DNA from: an uncultured virus (IMG/VR IMGVR_UViG_3300014050_000018)
Taxonomy: Duplodnaviria; Heunggongvirae; Uroviricota; Caudoviricetes
Virus record (IMG/VR): IMGVR_UViG_3300014050_000018
Location: 56,923-76,922 of that record
Length of the DNA stretch: 20,000 nucleotides
Reading direction: 5' to 3' (one strand)
Below are positions 1 to 5,689 of this stretch, piece by piece; the stretch's first letter is position 1; the number at the start of each line of letters is the position of its first letter. The notes under the pieces are model-generated. The model was given only the letters and a program-made list of their open reading frames with translations, was not told where the DNA came from and ran no database searches. The translations under genes were made by a program, and so were the position numbers.

Positions 1-2886
1 CGGATCTCTGCTGGCCGGTCTGCCCTCTTCCACCCACGCATCGTAGTCGGTGATGAAGGAGAGGATGGTGCGGCCAGGGATGATACGCAGGGCTCTGGGC
101 ACTCCTTTGAAGCTCGTCTCGACCATAAGGCCGGAGGTTGTTGGTGAGCCCTGTATGGTCGGGTTATTCTTACCCCCTCCGGAGGAGGTAGAGAGACCTG
201 CGATGTTTGGCGGAATAGACTTATCCTGTAGGTGCGCGAGGATCATCTCCTTGCCATCGGGACGTTTTATGATTACGGCGTTCCCGTATCCTCTCCAGTT
301 TTCTTTGGTTTCCACGATCGTCGCCCCTCCAGTAACAAAGACTGGCTGACCGTTTATCTTCTCGCCGCCGGGTCCGGGTCCGGAGAAGTCTATACCGTAA
401 TGCATTCCCCCAGTTCTAGGACCGTAGGGTGAGTAAACGCCCCAAGCGCTGGCCGGTTTGCCCGCGATAAGAACATACGGATCAACATCGGCTGCGGTAA
501 TAGGTTGCCCCCGGCCTCCGGGTTGAGTAAATGGGCCAAACTCGGCGTGAAGGTGGGGACCACTGGACTCCCCGGTAGATCCTACTCTGCCAACATTGAT
601 CGAAGACGCCGCGGACGCAGACGCGGAAGAAGCAGCACCAGCAGCAGTAGTTCCAGTCCGAGCCTTTTCGGCGGCGATGGCCCGCATTACCGGATCGCCT
701 AATTGAGCATACAACTTCTCTCTCGTGGCTGGGTCAGAGGACCTAGACGCCGTTAACGTGGCGCTGTCCATCCTACCCAACTCTACGATCGTAACTCCCC
801 TATCACCGGCACCAAGACACCCGGAGTGGTTCTTACCAAATGCTCCATATGAGGAGGCCAGAGTGTCATCTAGAACTCCGATGTTATTAGCGTACCTACC
901 GCACGGAGGTATGACACCGGAGCTTCCACTCGCTTGGTCCATGTGCAGATCGATGGCTTTACCACCCGCATCAACAACTTTTTTACCCTGAGTCCAAAGT
1001 GCGTTGGGATTATTAACGTCTGAGATATTTGTTGTTGAAGATGGTATGTTAAACTCTACGTACCCCTGAAGACCGTACTTGGATACATTTCTCTGCATCC
1101 AAAGCGCTACCTCCCTCACCAGAGCCTTCTCCCCAGCGGCACCGGTCTGACCTGTGGTGATGTCTCCGTGGCCGGGGGTAATCAGTACCTTATTAGGTTT
1201 CTGGGTGTTATTAGCGCTCCAGTCCTTAAGATTCGCTTTCGGGGCTGCGGGTACCACCGCACCGACCGGAGATGTCGTAGGAGCGTTACTGGTAACAGAG
1301 GGAGAAGGAGCGGGTGGTATCTCGGTCTCGGGGAACGCCCAGTCCCATACGATCTTAGGGTTCAAGGTCGTTACCTGGCCGCTGTGCCCAACAATATAGA
1401 ACCGGACAAACTCTTTCTTCTCGGAGGTGGATGTACCGATCTCCTGATTGATCTCGACTTTGTCCTTAGCCTTCACCTTCACCGTGGTGAGACCTGTGGA
1501 CTCCTGGAGGATGGGTCTGTAGAAGCACTTCTTACTCCCCTCCTTCTCGCAGATATGCAGGGAGAAGTTGGTCTTGATGAGAATGCGACCGTCGGCCTGG
1601 CTTGCCTCCTGTACATCACCGCTCAGAAACGAGATGGAAGTGGTGCCGTTGGGAGCAACACCGAACAGATTCAGGCCATCCTTGCTTATTTTTGTGGCCT
1701 CCTCGTTGATGACTTGGATGCCTTTGGTGTTGGCGGAAGCTGCCTGCTGATCGCGCCACACGTACCCGGTGGCTGTAGGGGCCCCTTTAACGTTCTTTGG
1801 TACCTTCTCGAATAGCCCTGGAAAGGCGATCTTCTTCACCTTCTCCATTGCCTTCTTTCTCTTTTGAGGCGTTACATCGCTGATGAAGTAGGTGCTGGCT
1901 TTGAAAGCGTCGGAGACGTACGGGTCTTTATTGTTTATATTAGAGGAAAATTCGGCGTTAAGAGCTAATGCGGTTAGCTCCGGCTGGCCAGAGATCTCAT
2001 AGCCCTCGTAGAGTCCTTTGCCGAGATAGAATACAGAGCATCCCTGATTGACCTCACCGCGCGTGCACATCGAGATCTTATTGGCGTACTCGCGGATGGG
2101 CAGGGAGAGCGAATTGCCGTTGACGGAGTCAAGAACTTTTTTGATAGCTTCGCCGGTGGTTATACCGGTGTAACGCACAGTGCGTGGGAGTATTCTCTTT
2201 CTCTCCGGCTCAGAGTTTGAGTTGGCGCAGAACGACACGGAGTAGCCAAGGCTCTCGGCGAGCTTCTTGAGCGCCTGCTCGATCTCGACTCCCTCGTCGA
2301 GAGTCATATTCACGAGGGACTGGTTGAATATCACGGACCTTGCTTCCACTCCGCGGATGGTGACGCTGGGGTACTTGGTCCCGTGGGAGACCGAAAATCC
2401 ACTCACGCGGAAGTAGAAGTCGGTGCCGAAAGACGTTCCCTTCACATCGTACCACAACGACACGAGGAGGAACGGGAAGTTCTTGATCCCGAGTCCTGAG
2501 GAGTCCTCGCCTTCCACCGCGGTGTCTACGTACTTGAAGCACTTATCAACGTACGGGTCCTGGCCTTCCTCGCAGGGTGGCAGGAGAATGTTATTCGCCG
2601 CGGCCACGTTGGCCTGAGTGTACAGCTGTGCGGCGTCAAACAGGGCCGGCCATGCCAACCCGGTTAGGTACGGATCGGAGATGGTTACCGAGCAAGTCGA
2701 CTGTGAGAGAGCGTTGGTGGCCGCGGTGGCAGGTGTTGAAGCGTCCGCGCTAGCAAAAGCTAGATTGGGTTGCCACTTTAGTTTTACGCTCAACTCCTGA
2801 ACCTGCCTCTCATCAAAGACGATGAGCTGCTCCGACCCGTAAGGCCTATAACCTACACGTGCTCTGCAGCGATACAGACTCGACAC
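1..2886 (-). CDS. Baseplate hub-like (late-control D/gp27-like) protein with inserted degenerate LytM, N-acetylmuramoyl-L-alanine amidase (Amidase_3) and circularly permuted M23 peptidase domains; 3' end lies outside the window
   Basis: Hand translation: GTG at 2886 (in-frame TAA at 2898-2896 just upstream), then 962 codons with no stop to position 1 (MSSLYRCRARVGYRPYGSEQLIVFDERQ...). Hub-like segments: STCSVTISDP, SVTIRGVEA, EQALKKLAESLGY, and FKGVPRALRIIPGRTI near the end. Amidase_3 motifs: VLITPGHG (H at 1170), AAGEK (E at 1131), IDLHMD (H at 945), TIVELGRMD (E at 783). M23 motifs: GRVGSTGESSGPHLHAE, SPYG..HYGID, GYGNAVII..LAHL. Absent from the ORF track because it has no stop in the window. 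The CDS and enzyme domains are well supported; the hub call is less certain. Confidence 0.88.
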   Translation of the reverse strand, partial: MSSLYRCRARVGYRPYGSEQLIVFDERQVQELSVKLKWQPNLAFASADASTPATAATNALSQSTCSVTISDPYLTGLAWPALFDAAQLYTQANVAAANNILLPPCEEGQDPYVDKCFKYVDTAVEGEDSSGLGIKNFPFLLVSLWYDVKGTSFGTDFYFRVSGFSVSHGTKYPSVTIRGVEARSVIFNQSLVNMTLDEGVEIEQALKKLAESLGYSVSFCANSNSEPERKRILPRTVRYTGITTGEAIKKVLDSVNGNSLSLPIREYANKISMCTRGEVNQGCSVFYLGKGLYEGYEISGQPELTALALNAEFSSNINNKDPYVSDAFKASTYFISDVTPQKRKKAMEKVKKIAFPGLFEKVPKNVKGAPTATGYVWRDQQAASANTKGIQVINEEATKISKDGLNLFGVAPNGTTSISFLSGDVQEASQADGRILIKTNFSLHICEKEGSKKCFYRPILQESTGLTTVKVKAKDKVEINQEIGTSTSEKKEFVRFYIVGHSGQVTTLNPKIVWDWAFPETEIPPAPSPSVTSNAPTTSPVGAVVPAAPKANLKDWSANNTQKPNKVLITPGHGDITTGQTGAAGEKALVREVALWMQRNVSKYGLQGYVEFNIPSSTTNISDVNNPNALWTQGKKVVDAGGKAIDLHMDQASGSSGVIPPCGRYANNIGVLDDTLASSYGAFGKNHSGCLGAGDRGVTIVELGRMDSATLTASRSSDPATREKLYAQLGDPVMRAIAAEKARTGTTAAGAASSASASAASSINVGRVGSTGESSGPHLHAEFGPFTQPGGRGQPITAADVDPYVLIAGKPASAWGVYSPYGPRTGGMHYGIDFSGPGPGGEKINGQPVFVTGGATIVETKENWRGYGNAVIIKRPDGKEMILAHLQDKSIPPNIAGLSTSSGGGKNNPTIQGSPTTSGLMVETSFKGVPRALRIIPGRTILSFITDYDAWVEEGRPASRDP

Positions 2887-2898
2887 ATCTTGCTCTTA

Positions 2899-3630
2899 TC
2901 AGGCGACGGCAACGACCGTGGCCAGAGCCGCGGTCTTCTGAGTAGCGCCGGTGGAGACGGTGGTGTTGACATTGAGAGCGACAACCTGACCGACCTTGAA
3001 CCCACCACCGGCTGTGGTGATGGATCCGATCGCGGTGATCTTGCCCGCTGTGAGGGTGGCGGTGGCCACACCGAAAGCGTAACCGGCGGGATTGGTCGTC
3101 TCGGTCGACTCGATCTTGATCGACACTGTGCCAGTGGTCGTGGTACCATTTGTAGTGTAGCCGCTTCCCTGCTTCTCGAGTGTGAGGGTTACCAGGCCAC
3201 CAACAGGGGCTTGAGGGGCGGGAACAACTTCGGCGATAATCGCGGAGATGACTTCGGCTAGGTTGAATGTAGCGACCATGAAGTGAAAATCCTCCTCGCC
3301 TTCCATGCCCACGTAGCGGGTAACGTTGACGAGCAAGTCGTTGATCGCGGTCTTGTCAGTGGCGGGGACATCAGCGTTGGCGTTGAGGGCCTCGCAGATA
3401 TACTCGAGAAGGCCGTAAGCGGCTTTCTTCGCCTCGAAGCCCATTGTAGGCCCAGCCTTGACAAACGAGTTGTAGAGCGCGAGGCGGTTGGCGGCTGTGT
3501 TCGATCCGTTGGAGTAGGATGAGACGAGGGCGTCTGTACGGGCCTCGTCCAGAAATTCCTGAAGCTTGATCTTGTACTCGAATTGGATTCCGAGTGTGCG
3601 ATATAGACCTTGGTTTAGAATAGTAGCCAT
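2899..3630 (-). CDS. Hypothetical protein, probable virion structural protein (243 aa)
   Basis: Clean ORF directly upstream of the hub gene. The N-terminal half looks helical. The C-terminal half is Thr/Gly-rich and beta-like, with TLEKQGSGYTT and ITTAGGGFKVG motifs of the 'i.n.GsGY' type common in cyanophage tail/baseplate proteins. Confidence 0.7.
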   Translation of the reverse strand: MATILNQGLYRTLGIQFEYKIKLQEFLDEARTDALVSSYSNGSNTAANRLALYNSFVKAGPTMGFEAKKAAYGLLEYICEALNANADVPATDKTAINDLLVNVTRYVGMEGEEDFHFMVATFNLAEVISAIIAEVVPAPQAPVGGLVTLTLEKQGSGYTTNGTTTTGTVSIKIESTETTNPAGYAFGVATATLTAGKITAIGSITTAGGGFKVGQVVALNVNTTVSTGATQKTAALATVVAVA

Positions 3631-3682
3631 GGTGGAGTAATACTTCCGGATCCCTTCTATCGTGAGGGTGTAGTCGATATAT

Positions 3683-3690
3683 CTTTAAAC
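3683..3690 (-). promoter_or_regulatory. GTTTAAAG junction motif, candidate late promoter of the 243-aa gene and hub gene
   Basis: Minus strand reads GTTTAAAGATATAT, 52 nt upstream of the ATG at 3630. It overlaps the kinase stop codon. The same octamer occurs at 4399, 4775 and 5656. Confidence 0.45.
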
Positions 3691-4272
3691 AGAGATAAGA
3701 CGATCGAGCAGATCGAAATCCCGGTCGGTGTCGCGAAGGACGGTATGCGGGAGAAGGGAGTAGTGGTTGAGGTAGTTATGCATGTAATCGTAGTAGGCGT
3801 AGTGCTCGGCCTCACGCGCCTTCATCTTATTCTTGATCCACCAGGCCGTGGCGTCCGGGTACTCCTCTCGTACCTCGATGAGATGGTGGGGCTGGCTCCA
3901 TTCCCACTCCCGCTCGAGAAGGAACACTTTCACGTCCGAACTACGCTCCAGGAAGTAAGACTCAGCGGCTTGGGCCCACTCGTGGGAGATAGAGATCCGC
4001 CTACGAAACTCGTCGTAGAAACAGACTTCAGAGAACCCACGATCGCACAGGATGAACTCCGGCATCGTCTCCAAGACGGAGTCGAAGGGCCCGATGTACT
4101 GCCCGATGGGACTGGAGTGGCAGGGCTTGGGGCCGGAGAAGTGCAAGGCGGTGGCGTCAATGTCCCGACGCCGGAATCGCTCGAGGGTATTCTCGATGAT
4201 GGTGGATTTGCCGACTCTATCAGCTCCTAGCAGAACGACTGTAACGGGTTTGAACATCGGAAGTGAGATCAT
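3685..4272 (-). CDS. Thymidylate/deoxynucleoside monophosphate kinase-like P-loop protein (195 aa)
   Basis: N-terminal Walker A VVLLGADRVGKST and a downstream ILCDRGFSE motif matching the DR motif of TMK/dNK-family kinases. Substrate cannot be determined from sequence. Alternative start at 4257 (MFKP). Confidence 0.75.
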   Translation of the reverse strand: MISLPMFKPVTVVLLGADRVGKSTIIENTLERFRRRDIDATALHFSGPKPCHSSPIGQYIGPFDSVLETMPEFILCDRGFSEVCFYDEFRRRISISHEWAQAAESYFLERSSDVKVFLLEREWEWSQPHHLIEVREEYPDATAWWIKNKMKAREAEHYAYYDYMHNYLNHYSLLPHTVLRDTDRDFDLLDRLISV

Positions 4273-4281
4273 AGTAGTCGT

Positions 4282-4311
4282 ATTATATCATGGATTTTGG
4301 CTCGTGGTCAA
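4282..4311 (-). promoter_or_regulatory. Sigma70-type promoter of the kinase gene
   Basis: Minus strand: TTGACC (4311-4306), 18-nt spacer ending in TG-n, then TATAAT (4287-4282). This is a near-consensus -35 plus a perfect extended -10, lying 9 nt upstream of the ATG at 4272. Confidence 0.75.
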
Positions 4312-4350
4312 GAGCGCGCGCTGGCGCGCAAACGCCCGTAGCCCAGTGCA

Positions 4351-4398
4351 TAGTAACTTTTTTACTATTACTTTTTACTAACGTACTAAAATACTAAA
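4351..4398. repeat. AT-rich cluster of short TACTA repeats in the divergent intergenic region
   Basis: ACTTTTTTACTA (4356-4367), ACTTTTTACTA (4370-4380), TACTAAA twice (4384-4390, 4392-4398). TAGTAA/TTACTA inverted pair at 4351-4367. Confidence 0.5.
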
Positions 4399-4406
4399 GT
4401 TTAAAG
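4399..4406 (+). promoter_or_regulatory. GTTTAAAG junction motif, candidate late promoter of the 113-aa gene
   Basis: GTTTAAAGTAGAGATATACG, 32 nt upstream of the ATG at 4439. Closely resembles GTTTAAAGTATACTATACG at 5656. Confidence 0.5.
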
Positions 4407-4438
4407 TAGAGATATACGATTTTGTACAGAGCAGGAAC

Positions 4439-4780
4439 ATGCCCGCTACTCCGCAACCTCCTTACCACCGCTGGGGGGTAAGATTCACAGCCGATCCCAC
4501 ACACAACCTGGCCTACCTTCAAACTGAGCACGACGAGGATGCCTCCTTCGTTTACAGAGGCGAACTCTTTCTCAATGAGGCACTCGACCAGGCGTACTAC
4601 GTCGACAGCACCGGAGTGGCGAGAAAGCTCGGCGGCAGGGACCCAGTTCCCTTCTCGCAGATCGATTTTACAGGATTACGTAACTTCACCGACGATGCCG
4701 CCGCGGCAGCCGCGTCACCCGCCGTCCCAGTTGGTGGAATGTACAGGACCGGAAGCGCGCTCAAGGTCCGAGTGGTTTAA
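4439..4780 (+). CDS. Small fibre/decoration-like virion protein (113 aa)
   Basis: ATG preceded by AGGA. RGELFLNEALDQAYYVDSTG resembles the GE-containing N-terminal motif of phage fibres (Mtd-N-like). The C-terminal LRNFTDDAAAAAASPAVPVGGMYRTGSALKVRV resembles a short terminal motif I recognise from phage fibre-like proteins. Confidence 0.65.
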   Translation: MPATPQPPYHRWGVRFTADPTHNLAYLQTEHDEDASFVYRGELFLNEALDQAYYVDSTGVARKLGGRDPVPFSQIDFTGLRNFTDDAAAAAASPAVPVGGMYRTGSALKVRVV

Positions 4781-4842
4781 AGATTGTCAGGATGTGAAAA
4801 CACTTCTACATGTCCCATAAGCATGGATTAGAGTGACCCGAA

Positions 4843-4876
4843 GGCCCGAGGAGTTAGTAACTCCCGGGTCTTTTTT
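4843..4876 (+). terminator. Rho-independent terminator between the 113-aa gene and phoH
   Basis: GGCCCG-A-GGAGTT / loop AGT / AACTCC-CGGGTC stem (12 bp, one bulge, one G-U pair) followed by TTTTTT at 4871-4876. Confidence 0.75.
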
Positions 4877-4901
4877 CGCACCTGCACTAGATGTAAATCT
4901 C

Positions 4902-5648
4902 ATGGCCAGAAAATCAACACGGAAACAGCGCCAGCTCGAGGATAACAATCTGCTCTCGTCGGAAAGCACAGCTCCGCAGCCTAAGTTCCAAGAAAATCGT
5001 GTTATTATGCCTCGCAATCCCAACCAGGTGGACGCGATGAGATACCTGCGCACGAAAACTCTAACCCTTCTCTCAGGGCCCCCGGGCACCGCTAAAACCC
5101 TCCTTGCTACGTACATTGCCTGCGAAAAGTTACAGAAACGTGAGATCGACAAGATCTACTACGTGAAACCGGTTGTCAATGTCCCAGGCGAGCAGGGCCT
5201 AGGCTTCCTGCCAGGCAACCTCGACGAGAAGATTGCGCCCCATATCAGCCCGATCCGCGACTCGTTGGAGGTGTTCATGCCTAAGGGCAAGGCCGAGTAC
5301 CTCCTCTCGAAGAAGCACATCGAGTTTCTCCCCATCGAGCACCTCAGAGGACGTTCGCTGCACCGCTGCATGATCATCGCCGACGAGATGCAGAACGCCA
5401 CCACGCATAGCGTCATGACGATTCTCACCCGCCTCGGGGACGGATCGAGCGTGGCGGTACTGGGAGACGTAGTCCAGCGCGACCTGGCCAACCGGTTCGG
5501 TGGAGATGGCCTATCCGACGCTCTCAATCGCCTTCGCTTCCTCCCGGATGTGGGGCATGTTGAGTTCGGGTTTGATGACATTGTCCGCTCGGAATTTGTT
5601 CAGTCCGTCATCAGAGCGTACGCCGATCTGTATACCTCCTCAAAGTAA
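4902..5648 (+). CDS. phoH: PhoH-family ATPase
   Basis: PRNPNQ, Walker A GPPGTAKT, LGFLPGNLDEKIAP, HLRGRSL, IIADEMQN, LTRLG and GDVVQRD are all canonical PhoH motifs. ATG at 4902 (MARKSTRK) is preferred over GTG at 4833, which would run through the terminator. Confidence 0.95.
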   Translation: MARKSTRKQRQLEDNNLLSSESTAPQPKFQENRVIMPRNPNQVDAMRYLRTKTLTLLSGPPGTAKTLLATYIACEKLQKREIDKIYYVKPVVNVPGEQGLGFLPGNLDEKIAPHISPIRDSLEVFMPKGKAEYLLSKKHIEFLPIEHLRGRSLHRCMIIADEMQNATTHSVMTILTRLGDGSSVAVLGDVVQRDLANRFGGDGLSDALNRLRFLPDVGHVEFGFDDIVRSEFVQSVIRAYADLYTSSK

Positions 5649-5655
5649 CGAGAGG

Positions 5656-5663
5656 GTTTAAAG
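5656..5663 (+). promoter_or_regulatory. GTTTAAAG junction motif, candidate late promoter of the 1179-aa gene
   Basis: GTTTAAAGTATACTATACG in the 41-nt intergenic gap, 26 nt upstream of the ATG at 5690. Confidence 0.5.
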
Positions 5664-5689
5664 TATACTATACGTAGTGCCCTGAGAAG

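Noticed and set aside
601..660. Low-complexity GCA/GCG-type repeats
   Set aside because: They encode an Ala/Ser linker (TTAAGAASSASASAASS) between the amidase and M23 domains; not an independent DNA repeat.
50..2800. Short ORFs in the track over this region (e.g. 1168..1815 +, 50..349 +, 2210..2542 -)
   Set aside because: All are antisense or off-frame shadows of the 962-codon minus-strand gene, which has clear enzyme motifs. Their translations have no recognisable features.
3745..4381. Plus-strand ORFs 3745..4230 and 4052..4381
   Set aside because: Antisense to the kinase gene, which has P-loop and DR motifs and its own promoter.
4833..4901. Longer phoH start at GTG 4833
   Set aside because: The extension overlaps the terminator hairpin and T-run. 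ATG 4902 gives a typical basic PhoH N-terminus.
4775..4901. Pho box or named riboswitch upstream of phoH
   Set aside because: No tandem 11-bp-spaced Pho-box repeats are visible, and I cannot match the leader to a known RNA family by eye.
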